The notes under the pieces: model-generated
Database searches by the model: none
What the model was told of the DNA's origin: nothing
The model's input: only the letters and a program-made list of their open reading frames with translations
Program-made: the position numbers and the translations under genes
Source of the DNA: a virus
Reading direction: 5' to 3' (one strand)
Virus genome (UHGV): UHGV-0205652
DNA length: 50,791 nt
Part shown: piece after piece, positions 1 to 8,507 of the stretch
Numbering within the stretch: position 1 is the stretch's first letter
How the letters are laid out: each line of letters starts with the position of its first letter

Positions 1-711
1 ATGAAAAAGAAACCGATCACAGAAGAACAAAAAGCTGATGCTCTTCGCCTGAAAAATATCTTTGAGGCAAAAAAGAAAGAGCTTGGCTTATCACAAGAAA
101 CCCTAGGCGATTCAATCGGCATGGGGCAGAGCGCTGTTGCTCAGTTATTGAATGGAGTAAACGCTCTAAACATAGAAAACGCGGCAAAGTTAGCTGAGGC
201 GTTACAAGTTACCGTTGATGAATTTAGCCCATCCCTAGCTAAAGAAATTAGAGGCATGTTTAAGGCTGTCAGCCCATTAAAAACACCAAGCATGGATGAG
301 AAATATCAATACCCTCTATTCACTAAGGTACAAGCTGGCGCTTTCTCAACAGAATTTAACTCATATACTCAGAAAGATGCTGTGTCGTGGATACCTACAG
401 CTAAGAAAGCCAGTGAGCGCGCTTTTTGGTTAGAGGTTGAAGGCCAATCAATGACAGCGCCACCAGGAGGAAAGCCAAGTTTTCCTGAAGGAATGCTTAT
501 CTTGGTTGATCCTGATGAAGAGGTTGAGTTCGGAGACTTCTGTGTTGCTCGTCTACTGAATGATGAGTTCACATTCAAGCGATTGATTAGAGAAGGTGGA
601 GTTGAGTATCTAGAGCCATTAAACCCACGCTATGACCTGATCCCTATTAACGGGAACTGCACAATCATAGGTAAGGTAATCAAGTCACAATGGCCTGACG
701 ACACGTTTTAG
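1..711 (+). CDS. cI: CI-type prophage repressor (N-terminal HTH_XRE, C-terminal S24/LexA-like peptidase); Ala112-Gly113 autocleavage site, catalytic Ser (GQSM) and Lys (FKRL) visible
   Basis: Translation shows the HTH ('[19 protein letters not shown]'), an AG cleavage dyad at nt 334-339 and the S24 Ser/Lys dyad. The gene is divergent from cro across the window junction. It has no SD and sits 6 nt after a TAAAAT -10, so the mRNA is probably leaderless like lambda pRM-cI. Confidence 0.9.
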   Translation: MKKKPITEEQKADALRLKNIFEAKKKELGLSQETLGDSIGMGQSAVAQLLNGVNALNIENAAKLAEALQVTVDEFSPSLAKEIRGMFKAVSPLKTPSMDEKYQYPLFTKVQAGAFSTEFNSYTQKDAVSWIPTAKKASERAFWLEVEGQSMTAPPGGKPSFPEGMLILVDPDEEVEFGDFCVARLLNDEFTFKRLIREGGVEYLEPLNPRYDLIPINGNCTIIGKVIKSQWPDDTF

Positions 712-963
712 TGTGTGGGACAATAAGGTAAAAATATTTTCTGCGTTTTATCAACAGGTTTTGATAAATTGATCATAAATAAGGAAAATACATCTTAATT
801 TTTATATTCACATAGTGTAAGTTATCGCACCATTAAGAAAGTTATACACAGTTTTTACTATATACTACTTGTAAAACTGGAATAGAATCTATATATATAG
901 TGTATGTACTATTTTTAACCACTCATCTATTTCAGTATTACTGTTGTTTAATTAATTTTTTAA

Positions 964-1350
964 GTGGTTAACATGACTGAAATAGAACAAGCTCGTTTTG
1001 AAAAAATTGTAAACGTTGTTCACGGCACTCTTAATGGCCTTTCTGCTTTGTTTAGAGAGTTTGGAATTGATGGCATGCATGAATTAACAAACCCATCAAT
1101 TGAACAGCTAAAAGAGCTAGTCGCAAAAATGAATAGTGACGCAAACTCTTATGAAAAACAGCTTTTATCGTCCGATGACGAGAATGCAATTATGGCTAGA
1201 ATGTTCCTACAAAACGTGAAGCAGGGTCTGCTATATGCTGAATCTCTACTGATAGGTGTAGAGAAATTTAACCTAGAAGCTTGTAATAAAGCGCATGATG
1301 ACATTCAGAGTAGCGCCTTAATAATTCCAATATGGCAAAAGCCAGATTGA
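964..1350 (+). CDS. Hypothetical 128-aa protein immediately downstream of cI and upstream of the operon terminator (rexAB-equivalent position); no recognisable domain
   Basis: Intact ORF with no TM segment or known motif. It follows an AT-rich 250-bp gap and lies before the terminator at 1524-1548. Confidence 0.6.
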   Translation: MVNMTEIEQARFEKIVNVVHGTLNGLSALFREFGIDGMHELTNPSIEQLKELVAKMNSDANSYEKQLLSSDDENAIMARMFLQNVKQGLLYAESLLIGVEKFNLEACNKAHDDIQSSALIIPIWQKPD

Positions 1351-1400
1351 TGTAATTTACCAACGTACCAGATAGTTACGATGGATAATAGGAGACATAT

Positions 1401-1505
1401 ATGAACCATTTAAATAACTTATACACTAATGCACTTAAGCTTGAAAAACTCATGAATGAAATTTATGAAAGAGCAGCTAAAAAACGCCTTGAAAAAGTAG
1501 CGTAA
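1401..1505 (+). CDS. Small 34-aa ORF (MNHLNNLYTNALKLEKLMNEIYERAAKKRLEKVA) with SD 'AGGAGA'; ends just before the terminator
   Basis: An ATG at 1401 is preceded by aggagacatat. The ORF is below the track cutoff, so the coding status is uncertain. Confidence 0.3.
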   Translation: MNHLNNLYTNALKLEKLMNEIYERAAKKRLEKVA

Positions 1506-1523
1506 ATTCATCAGTGTAAAAAA

Positions 1524-1548
1524 AGCCCTCCCCGCGAGGGCTTTTTTG
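1524..1548 (+). terminator. Rho-independent terminator (GCCCTCCCCGCGAGGGC + T6) ending the cI operon; an A-run upstream makes it potentially bidirectional
   Basis: Perfect GC-rich hairpin agccctccccgcgagggc followed by tttttt. Confidence 0.65.
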
Positions 1549-1630
1549 TGCCCTCTCCCCTCCAAATAAGTGACCTACATTCCAATCTGAGATTTTTTTG
1601 AAAATAAATTATCTGAAAATACAACAAATT

Positions 1631-1700
1631 AACACCGCCAGTTATATTATTATCACCTGCGGTGTTGACTTATAAATCACCGCTGGTTATATTTATCACA
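1631..1700 (+). promoter_or_regulatory. OL/pL-like region: three 17-bp lambda-type operators (AACACCGCCAGTTATA, TATCACCTGCGGTGTTG, AATCACCGCTGGTTATA) overlapping a strong sigma70 promoter TTGACT(1665-1670)-17-TATATT(1688-1693), reading rightward into the N operon
   Basis: The half-site TATCACC/GGTGATA is the same as in the operators at the 3' window end (50718-50758). The promoter hexamers and spacing were read directly from the sequence. Confidence 0.65.
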
Positions 1701-1734
1701 TCGAAGGCAAGGAGCCATAGATAAACAGGATGTT

Positions 1735-1777
1735 CGCTCTTTTACAATTAGGAACGCTCAGAATAAATTTTCAGAGC
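1735..1777 (+). promoter_or_regulatory. nutL candidate: boxA CGCTCTTTTA (1735-1744) plus a 23-nt imperfect inverted repeat CGCTCAGAATAAATTTTCAGAGC (boxB-like, TAAAT pentaloop)
   Basis: boxA matches the lambda/P22 consensus CGCTCTT(T)A. The same boxA plus 23-nt element recurs downstream of cro on the other strand (nutR, 50459-50502), with the A.A mismatch at the same position. Confidence 0.5.
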
Positions 1778-1796
1778 AACCACTGAGTGGTTTTTG
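1778..1796 (+). terminator. Small hairpin AACCAC-TGA-GTGGTT followed by T5 (tL-like terminator subject to N antitermination)
   Basis: 6-bp stem and T-run directly after the nut element. Confidence 0.35.
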
Positions 1797-2005
1797 GGAT
1801 TGGTGAATGCTAAGGCTGATTGGCAGGTTTAAAAGCTAACAGTTTCCGCAAGCGAGCGATACCAGCTAAGTAGTGTCATATGCCTTCGGGTACTGGATCG
1901 TAATAACTGATATTGAGGGAGGCGAAAGCTGTTTACCTCGGCATGGCTTGCAAGTAGGAGATCAGCACCTACCGCCAATCACCAAAGATCACTTAGGAGG
2001 CAAAT

Positions 2006-2278
2006 ATGGCAACGATAACTTTTAAAGAGAACTCAAAAATTCGCAGACGCAGAAAGCAAGGTGAGTTTTTGGCTCGAAAGATAGCTATGAGAAGTCGCTC
2101 AGTGGAAGAAATTTGGGATTCAATATTTGGCGTTGAGAAGAAAGAACGCCCTGTTCTCTCTCTCAAACCAACAAAGCATTATCCAAGTGGAGATAACTGT
2201 TGCTTACCTAATGTAGCAGTATTTTCAGGAGTTAAAACAAAGCAGCCGAGCAGTGAGTTCGGGGTTACGGCGAGATAA
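2006..2278 (+). CDS. N: N-like transcription antiterminator (P22 gp24-like) with an N-terminal arginine-rich motif
   Basis: First gene after pL. ARM 'KIRRRRKQGEFLARK'. Recalled similarity to P22 gp24: 'IWDSIFGVE' vs 'IIDSIFGCD', and the C-terminal 'LP.VA....G.K.KQ...TAR'. The SD is AGGAGG. Confidence 0.75.
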   Translation: MATITFKENSKIRRRRKQGEFLARKIAMRSRSVEEIWDSIFGVEKKERPVLSLKPTKHYPSGDNCCLPNVAVFSGVKTKQPSSEFGVTAR

Positions 2279-2292
2279 ATAGGAGAAGTAAG

Positions 2293-2610
2293 ATGAAATT
2301 TGAAGATTTAACAGAAGCGTCTCAAGAATCGGCTCGTGCGGTTCTATCAGCCATGCTGGTTGATAGTTATCGACGCAATTTTAAATTAACTCGTGATGAT
2401 ATTTTAGAATTAGGTCATAGAGTTAGAAAGGCATTTGTGACCTTGGAAAGCGAAGAGCCTAAAGCTGAATTATGTTCTGGTTCAGGTATGTGTAGTGACT
2501 TACATCCTGATGCCTCGTTAAGCGTAGGAGGGCTTGGCATTCAGCAAGGGCATGGAATTGCTATGAGTGAAAATAACGCAAATCAGTTAAGAAAAAAAGG
2601 AATGCTTTAG
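2293..2610 (+). CDS. Hypothetical early protein (105 aa)
   Basis: ORF with SD AGGAGAAG, translationally adjacent to N. Confidence 0.55.
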   Translation: MKFEDLTEASQESARAVLSAMLVDSYRRNFKLTRDDILELGHRVRKAFVTLESEEPKAELCSGSGMCSDLHPDASLSVGGLGIQQGHGIAMSENNANQLRKKGML

Positions 2611-2621
2611 TTAACTAAAAT

Positions 2622-3233
2622 TCATTTATTAAAATATCCAGTGAATTGCCTAACGCATTCTGAGTAATAATCGGGATTAATTATAAACTCATTGGTATGC
2701 CTCATACTCAAATGCTTTGACGAATCATGGAGAATGTCTTTATCCAACAGTGAGTTAATAACAGGGTCATTTCTCTTTCCACCTAGAAACTCCTTGCCAG
2801 TGTCAATGAACATGGCTAGGTAATCCTTTTCATCCTCAGAAAGGCTTGAAATAACAAATGATATTTTGTGCTGATTATTACGCTTTATTGATTTTAACTT
2901 TACGGAATTAATTATACCAAAAGTTAATAAATATATTCTTTTTGTTATATCTGAAAGAAAGAAGCTAACAGGAATAATAAAAAGAACAGCATTGATATTA
3001 TTTACCGAGCCAAAAATTGGCTTTGCGTTAAGAAAATCAAAGAATGATTCAGGTAAAAATAACCACAGACTGACCAGATATAACAACCACACCATAGTAA
3101 ACCTCAGTGAAACTTGGTTTTTCAAATAGGCAATCACTGCCTCAATCCAATTCGGCATGGTTGATAATCTCTTATTCTGTAGGGGTAAGTGGATTATAGC
3201 CGATTTCTCGCTGTAGGGGTACACGAGAACCAC
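2622..3233 (-). CDS. Membrane protein (2 predicted TM helices near the N-terminus, soluble C-terminal domain) encoded antisense to the pL operon; SieB-like superinfection-exclusion candidate
   Basis: Hydrophobic stretches 'MVWLLYLVSLWLFL' and 'AVLFIIPVSFFL'. The size (about 180-203 aa) and the position next to N resemble sieB of lambda and P22. The region is visibly AT-rich. No motif-level confirmation. Confidence 0.5.
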   Translation of the reverse strand: MVLVYPYSEKSAIIHLPLQNKRLSTMPNWIEAVIAYLKNQVSLRFTMVWLLYLVSLWLFLPESFFDFLNAKPIFGSVNNINAVLFIIPVSFFLSDITKRIYLLTFGIINSVKLKSIKRNNQHKISFVISSLSEDEKDYLAMFIDTGKEFLGGKRNDPVINSLLDKDILHDSSKHLSMRHTNEFIINPDYYSECVRQFTGYFNK

Positions 3234-3324
3234 CTCGCCTGACGTGGCTAAAAGCAGGCACAGTTAACTAATTACAGTCCATTCTGTGAGCTGTGGTGAG
3301 TTGATTAATAGATAGGAGATAGAG

Positions 3325-3600
3325 ATGGAAATATGGTTTAAGGAATTTGAGTCGCATGGGCGTCAGATTCTAATCAAGAAAGCTCATAACGCCGATGAGT
3401 CAAAAATCGGGGTGCAATATTGCTGGCCTGAGAAGATTTTCGATGTCGAATTTGGATTATGGATAGATTACGACGACGATGACGAGGAAAGCTTTGATAA
3501 AGCGGAAGAAGCACGTAACAAGCTATTCGACATCATCGATCAGGAAGCGGTAGATACCGAGGTGAGTAACTTAATTCAAAAACTCAAGCTTGATAATTAG
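3325..3600 (+). CDS. Hypothetical acidic protein (91 aa)
   Basis: ORF with SD GGAGATAGAGATG. Confidence 0.55.
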   Translation: MEIWFKEFESHGRQILIKKAHNADESKIGVQYCWPEKIFDVEFGLWIDYDDDDEESFDKAEEARNKLFDIIDQEAVDTEVSNLIQKLKLDN

Positions 3601-3629
3601 CATCGTGTTTAGTTAATAACGGAGTAAGT

Positions 3630-3869
3630 ATGACAGATAAAACAGGTGGAGCAGCTTTTCCTGCAAGTGGACATCCAGATATGCAATTTGTAGCGCAGGA
3701 AGGCATGTCATTGCGAGACTATTTCGCTGCTAAGGCTATGAATGCTGATTTATCAAATAGTGATGAATCTCTTGCTGGTTATGGCTCTCAATTTACTGAC
3801 GCTCAGTTAGAGAGCTTTGCAGCATTCTACTACCGCATGGCAGATGCAATGTTAAAGGCTAGGGGGTGA
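3630..3869 (+). CDS. Hypothetical protein (79 aa)
   Basis: ORF with SD GGAG. Confidence 0.55.
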   Translation: MTDKTGGAAFPASGHPDMQFVAQEGMSLRDYFAAKAMNADLSNSDESLAGYGSQFTDAQLESFAAFYYRMADAMLKARG

Positions 3870-3870
3870 T

Positions 3871-4014
3871 ATGAACGAAAAATATAACGGAGGAGTTAAG
3901 CCTGATAATACAAAAGAAGCTAAAAAGCTCAATCGTGATTATCAAGTTAAACGCCTAATTGCTAAAGGCCACACAAAGAAGTTTGCCCGCCAACAAGTTA
4001 AACGCATTAAATAG
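3871..4014 (+). CDS. Small basic protein, 47 aa (MNEKYNGGVKPDNTKEAKKLNRDYQVKRLIAKGHTKKFARQQVKRIK)
   Basis: SD GGGGGTGA and an ATG overlapping the upstream stop (TGAtATG). Below the ORF-track cutoff. Confidence 0.4.
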   Translation: MNEKYNGGVKPDNTKEAKKLNRDYQVKRLIAKGHTKKFARQQVKRIK

Positions 4015-4088
4015 CAAGCAGTAACCCATCACTTAATCATTCATATCGCTATTAATAGTGATGAATACGCACATAAGGAACATAGGAA

Positions 4089-5030
4089 ATGGCAAATGAA
4101 TTAGTCGTAATTGAACAAGCAACAGCGCTAGATTTATTTACAGCACCAGAAAAAGTAAATCAGATGCTAGAGCACATTAAATCTCTTGCAGAAGAAGAGC
4201 GTAAAGAACTCGACAGTGATTTCTCAGTAGCTAAAAACCGAAAGGCTTTTGCATCTCTGGCGTACAAAGTTGCTCAAACAAAAACGTATATCGACAAGGA
4301 AGGTAAAGCAGTTGTCGATAAGTTAAAAGAGCTACCTAAAAAAGTTGATGCTAATCGCAAGATATTTCGTGATGAACTAGATGCATTAAGCACAGATATT
4401 CGCAAGCCACTAACAGAGTGGGAAGCACAAGAAAAAGCTCGCGAAGAAGCTGAGGCGCTTAAGAAGCAAATCGAAGTTGATCACGAAGAAGCTCTGCAAA
4501 TGAACGAGTTGTTTGATTTGCGCAAAGCCGAAGAGGAACGCAAACGCATTGCTCGTGAAGAAGAAATGAAGCGACAAGCTGCGGAACAGGCAAGACTTGA
4601 AGCTGAGCGCAAAGCACAGCAAGAAATTGAAGCAGCAGCACGGCGCGAACGTGAAGCAAAAGAAGCTGCCGAACGTGCAGAGCGTGAAAAGCAGGAAGCT
4701 ATTCAACGTGCAGAGCAAGCGGCAAAAGAAGCTAAGGAAAAGGCAGAACGTGATGCTAAAGAAGCTCAGGAACGAGCCGAACGTGAAAAGCAATTAGCTA
4801 TCGAAGCTGAGCGTAAGAAAGTACAGGAAGCAGAACAAGCGCGATTAGCAGAGGAAGAACGTAAGCGTCAGGAAGAAGCTAAACGTCAGGCTGATAAGGA
4901 ACATCGTCGCAAGTATAACCAAGAAACATTACAGGCGTTAGTCAGTAACGGATTTGATGAAAAATTAGCAACTGAATTTATTAAGTTAGTAGCTAGTAAT
5001 AAAATCCCCCACATGACAATGAACTACTAA
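4089..5030 (+). CDS. Early protein: structured N-terminal domain followed by an approximately 140-aa E/R/K-rich single alpha-helix or coiled-coil segment with internal repeats (AERAEREKQ.AI)
   Basis: Low-complexity periodic ERK composition seen in the translation, with repeated 27-nt units near 4672-4700 and 4768-4800. Several antisense ORFs in the track are artefacts of this repeat. Confidence 0.7.
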   Translation: MANELVVIEQATALDLFTAPEKVNQMLEHIKSLAEEERKELDSDFSVAKNRKAFASLAYKVAQTKTYIDKEGKAVVDKLKELPKKVDANRKIFRDELDALSTDIRKPLTEWEAQEKAREEAEALKKQIEVDHEEALQMNELFDLRKAEEERKRIAREEEMKRQAAEQARLEAERKAQQEIEAAARREREAKEAAERAEREKQEAIQRAEQAAKEAKEKAERDAKEAQERAEREKQLAIEAERKKVQEAEQARLAEEERKRQEEAKRQADKEHRRKYNQETLQALVSNGFDEKLATEFIKLVASNKIPHMTMNY

Positions 5031-5085
5031 TACCCACCTCACCAACACCAGATAACCACCCTATCGCTCACCTAGCGAGGTAACA

Positions 5086-5261
5086 ATGAAAACTAACTAT
5101 TACAGCGCTATGCGTGATTGCATGGCGGTGCGTATCACTACGCCTTTTTTACAACTCGCACGTCAAGCGGCAAGGATAGCCGTCTCGACTAATAACAAGG
5201 ATGTCTGGCGGCTGGCGAGTCAACTACAGAAGATGGCTTACGGGAGGAAAATATGTCACTG
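5086..5261 (+). CDS. Small hypothetical ORF (58 aa)
   Basis: ATG at 5086. Weak SD. Overlaps the next gene start. Confidence 0.25.
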
Positions 5262-5528
5262 ACTATACGTTACACCTATGCAGATATGACCAGTAGAAAC
5301 CGAAATAATGGCACGGAAATAGCTTTTCAGAATCTTAACGATGTCCGAATTGAAACAGAATCATTCAGGGAACTTACTCAATATTACCAACCTGAGCCAT
5401 CAGAAGTCGTTGATTACGTCGTTAATCAGTATGACGCAAAGTCACTCGCAGCAGCTATTCATCTCTCAGGACGAGGGGAAGTAGTCGCAAAGATACTCAA
5501 TGAGTTGTATTTCAGGAGGGTTGCGTGA
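5253..5528 (+). CDS. Hypothetical protein (91 aa)
   Basis: SD GGGAGGAAAATATG. Confidence 0.55.
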   Translation: MSLTIRYTYADMTSRNRNNGTEIAFQNLNDVRIETESFRELTQYYQPEPSEVVDYVVNQYDAKSLAAAIHLSGRGEVVAKILNELYFRRVA

Positions 5529-5677
5529 CACAGCATCAACAATGGTTAGAAGAATTACGCAGGAAGCGTAAAGAATCGCAGGAGCGCGAACACGATGAAT
5601 TTATGTATCAAACGGAAGTGTTAGGACGACAAGGACTGTCGATACCAACAAAGGACTTTGCAGGAGATTTTCAATGA
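5525..5677 (+). CDS. Small hypothetical protein (50 aa, GTG start, translationally coupled at both ends)
   Basis: GGAGGG then 4 nt then GTG. The stop overlaps the next ATG (ATGA). Confidence 0.4.
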   Translation: MTQHQQWLEELRRKRKESQEREHDEFMYQTEVLGRQGLSIPTKDFAGDFQ

Positions 5678-5994
5678 ACGTTTCTAACTCATACCCTACC
5701 GATAAATACCCTCGCCTAACATCACCGTCATTAGCAAAAAACAGAGAGGAAGCTCTGGCTCAAGCTATTGCAATGATTGAGGGGCATTTGCCGAATACGA
5801 GTGTGAAGGAGAGAGAAAAGCGACTTGCAATGGAACTGCTACACATGAACTTGGACGCATCGAAAAATCACCCTCCTATTCCTCCACATATTCAAGCATT
5901 ACGTGATGCAGAAAGGAATTCTGTATCTGGGAATAAGGTTGAAATCGATTACTACGGAAGCGATCGACGTTCTGGTCAGTATTTGGGGGATTAA
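5674..5994 (+). CDS. Hypothetical protein (106 aa)
   Basis: ORF coupled to the upstream gene. Confidence 0.6.
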   Translation: MNVSNSYPTDKYPRLTSPSLAKNREEALAQAIAMIEGHLPNTSVKEREKRLAMELLHMNLDASKNHPPIPPHIQALRDAERNSVSGNKVEIDYYGSDRRSGQYLGD

Positions 5995-5995
5995 T

Positions 5996-6673
5996 ATGAC
6001 ATATCGAGTAGTAGATACAGAGACTTGTGATTTTGACAGCGGAATAGTTGAGATTGCAAGCATTGACATAAACAACAATGAAATCGATTACACATCTCAG
6101 AAGTCACACTTTGTAAACCCACAGAAACCAATCTCAATAAGCGCTATGGCTATTCATCACATCACTGATGAAATGGTTGCCAACTCTCCGCTCATTGATG
6201 ACGTTATAGGTAATTACAAGGGTTCTGATTATCTGGTTGCACATAATGCCGAATTCGATAAGCGAATGATGCCGGAAATGGATGTTCCGTTTATTTGTAC
6301 GTTAAAGCTGGCAAGACGCTTATATCCAGAGTTAGAAAGCCACAGCAATCAATATCTACGTTACGCGCTAAAGCTGAAAGTTCATGTGCCAGATGGATTA
6401 CACGCACACAGAGCGCTATATGACTGCATTGTTACAGCGTCATTATTTAAACGAATCAAGGATGATTCAGGGTGGTCGGACAAGGAAATGTTAGAAATAA
6501 CAAGTCAGCCATCACTATTAAATAAGTTGCGTTTCGGTAAGTACAAAGGAATGACATTTACCGAAGTTAAGAAAGAAAACGCTGGGTATTTAACTTGGTT
6601 GCTAGGTCAGCCTGATTTAGATCCAGATGTTGAGTTTTCAATTAAATACTGGATGGAGAAAAGAGATGAGTGA
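5996..6673 (+). CDS. DnaQ-like 3'-5' exonuclease (DEDDh family)
   Basis: Motifs 'VVDTETCDF' (Exo I), 'HNAEFDKRM' (Exo II) and 'HRALYDC' (Exo III). The start is taken at ATG 5996 (SD GGGGGA), not the longer 5903 ORF. Confidence 0.8.
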   Translation: MTYRVVDTETCDFDSGIVEIASIDINNNEIDYTSQKSHFVNPQKPISISAMAIHHITDEMVANSPLIDDVIGNYKGSDYLVAHNAEFDKRMMPEMDVPFICTLKLARRLYPELESHSNQYLRYALKLKVHVPDGLHAHRALYDCIVTASLFKRIKDDSGWSDKEMLEITSQPSLLNKLRFGKYKGMTFTEVKKENAGYLTWLLGQPDLDPDVEFSIKYWMEKRDE

Positions 6674-7283
6674 AGTATACAAGGCAATAAGTAATGTTGC
6701 TAAGGAGTTGGCTGAAAAAGGCATTAGTAAGGAAAAGCCCAGGGGAGGTGGCGTAAATTATGCGTTTAGGGGTATTGATGCGGTTTATAACGCCCTAGCC
6801 CCTGCATTAGTTAGGCACGGATTACTTATTTTAACTCGCTGTACTGAGCGTTCTGTATGCGAGAGAACCAGCAAGAGCGGAGGTGTATTAAATTATGTCA
6901 CTGTTAAGGCTGAATTTGACTTTGTGTCTGTCACGGATGGCAGTAAACACACAGTCATGACATATGGCGAGGCTATGGATAGCGGAGATAAAGCCACAAA
7001 TAAAGCCATGTCGATTGCATATAAATACGCTGCATTTCAAGCGTTCTGTATTCCAACAGAAGAAACAGCAATTGATGCAGATGCGGAAATTCATAACGTA
7101 GCACCACGAACGGCAGATCAGATATTGGCTGATTACACTAACTTTCTTGGTACAGCTACGAACCAATCACAAATCATGGATGAGTACAAAAAAGCATGGA
7201 ATGCATTGTCTGGCACTGAATCACAAAAGGAATGTGAGCGTTTAACAGGAATTCGGATTAAAGAACTTAAGGAAGTAGCATAA
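6666..7283 (+). CDS. erf: Erf-family single-strand annealing protein
   Basis: '[25 protein letters not shown]' is typical of the ERF superfamily. It lies adjacent to the exonuclease and SSB genes, forming a recombination module. Confidence 0.8.
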   Translation: MSEVYKAISNVAKELAEKGISKEKPRGGGVNYAFRGIDAVYNALAPALVRHGLLILTRCTERSVCERTSKSGGVLNYVTVKAEFDFVSVTDGSKHTVMTYGEAMDSGDKATNKAMSIAYKYAAFQAFCIPTEETAIDADAEIHNVAPRTADQILADYTNFLGTATNQSQIMDEYKKAWNALSGTESQKECERLTGIRIKELKEVA

Positions 7284-7792
7284 TGGCAAGTAAAGGCGTG
7301 AATAAATGTATTCTCATTGGTCACTTGGGGCAGGATCCAGAAATCCGTTATATGCCATCAGGTGGCGCAGTAGCAAATCTCACACTGGCCACATCGGAAT
7401 CGTGGCGTGATAAACAAACCGGTGAGATGAAAGAAAAAACCGAGTGGCATCGAGTGTGCATCTTCGGCAAATTAGCAGAAATTGCAGGTGAATATCTGAG
7501 AAAAGGAAGTCAGGTGTATATCGAGGGTTCTCTTCAAACTCGTAAATGGCAAGATCAGAACGGTCAAGACAGATACACAACGGAAGTAGTGGTTAATGTT
7601 GGCGGAACAATGCAGATGCTGGGCGGTAACGGTGGTAATCAGGCAGGGAGCCAACAACCAGCGCGACAACCTCAGCAGTCACAGCAAAGGCAACCAGCTC
7701 AGCAAAATGAGCCACCTCAAGATTGGGATGAACCAATACCTTTCGCCCCTATCGGACTCCCCTACCCACGCCACGCTATTTATGTGATTTAA
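7283..7792 (+). CDS. ssb: Single-stranded DNA-binding protein (SSB) with an unusual 15-aa extension after the conserved IPF tip
   Basis: Near-identical N-terminal OB fold to E. coli SSB ('[35 protein letters not shown]'). The C-terminus reads '...[23 protein letters not shown]' instead of ending at IPF. Confidence 0.9.
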   Translation: MASKGVNKCILIGHLGQDPEIRYMPSGGAVANLTLATSESWRDKQTGEMKEKTEWHRVCIFGKLAEIAGEYLRKGSQVYIEGSLQTRKWQDQNGQDRYTTEVVVNVGGTMQMLGGNGGNQAGSQQPARQPQQSQQRQPAQQNEPPQDWDEPIPFAPIGLPYPRHAIYVI

Positions 7793-7807
7793 CCAAAGGA
7801 TATAAAC

Positions 7808-8086
7808 ATGAGCATTGATTACGAACCAAAGTTAATTGTTGGTGCTGATATGGATAAAGTAACTATTAATGAAGAGGAAATCGACGATTTACTGAATGAG
7901 GATTACACACGACACGGATCATATTTCAGCGGGCGGTTTAGTTTTATTGGTAAGGAGGTGAGCGTAGAGGAAATTAATGACCCTAATTTCATGCTGAAAT
8001 ACATATCTCTCAAGCACGAGGTAGCAAAAACATTAGGTGTTACACCAGACGACATCACGCTAAGGAATGGCGTGTTAATCATGTAA
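7808..8086 (+). CDS. Hypothetical protein (92 aa)
   Basis: SD AAGGATATAAACATG. Confidence 0.6.
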   Translation: MSIDYEPKLIVGADMDKVTINEEEIDDLLNEDYTRHGSYFSGRFSFIGKEVSVEEINDPNFMLKYISLKHEVAKTLGVTPDDITLRNGVLIM

Positions 8087-8125
8087 TTAATAGACTCAGT
8101 GCAAGGATGCAAACAGGAGATAGAT

Positions 8126-8290
8126 ATGACTATTGAACAATTACAAGAAGAAAATACGAAGTTGAAAAAGGCGATTATTGCTATACACAGTAATTGCGAG
8201 GAATGCGAATACCAAGGATATGGAACATTTTACGCCGTAGAGCAAGACTACGTTAATGATGCGTATGAATTAGTGGAACCAGCGGAATAA
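8126..8290 (+). CDS. Small hypothetical protein (54 aa, CxxC pair)
   Basis: Start chosen at MTIEQ with SD CAGGAGA. Confidence 0.45.
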   Translation: MTIEQLQEENTKLKKAIIAIHSNCEECEYQGYGTFYAVEQDYVNDAYELVEPAE

Positions 8291-8324
8291 TTTAACTCTC
8301 AGGGATGCAATAAGAGGAATAAAT

Positions 8325-8498
8325 ATGAGTAAGCAGATGGTTTTAGTTGCAAGGACAAACAAGGTTGGCTCTGACTCTGAATGTGGGCTGGGCATTACTG
8401 AGGACGAATGGGATAAATTAACCGAAGAAGAGCAATCAGGATATATCAATACTGCAATTGATAATCTTGTTGGTTGGTATGTGAAGACAGAGGGCTAA
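8325..8498 (+). CDS. Small hypothetical protein (57 aa)
   Basis: SD AAGAGG, 7 nt before the ATG. Not in the track (below 60 aa). Confidence 0.45.
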   Translation: MSKQMVLVARTNKVGSDSECGLGITEDEWDKLTEEEQSGYINTAIDNLVGWYVKTEG

Positions 8499-8507
8499 GG
8501 TGGAGTG

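Noticed and set aside
369-578. 69-aa - strand ORF inside cI
   Set aside because: Fully antisense to a well-supported repressor gene, with no RBS.
4410-4797. Three ORFs in the track (127 aa and 66 aa on the - strand, 66 aa on the +) inside the 4089-5030 gene
   Set aside because: They are artefacts of the E/R/K repeat: antisense and alternative frames of GAA/GCT/CGT-rich DNA stay open. Their composition (F/L/C/S-rich) is the reverse-complement signature, and they have no SD or independent context.
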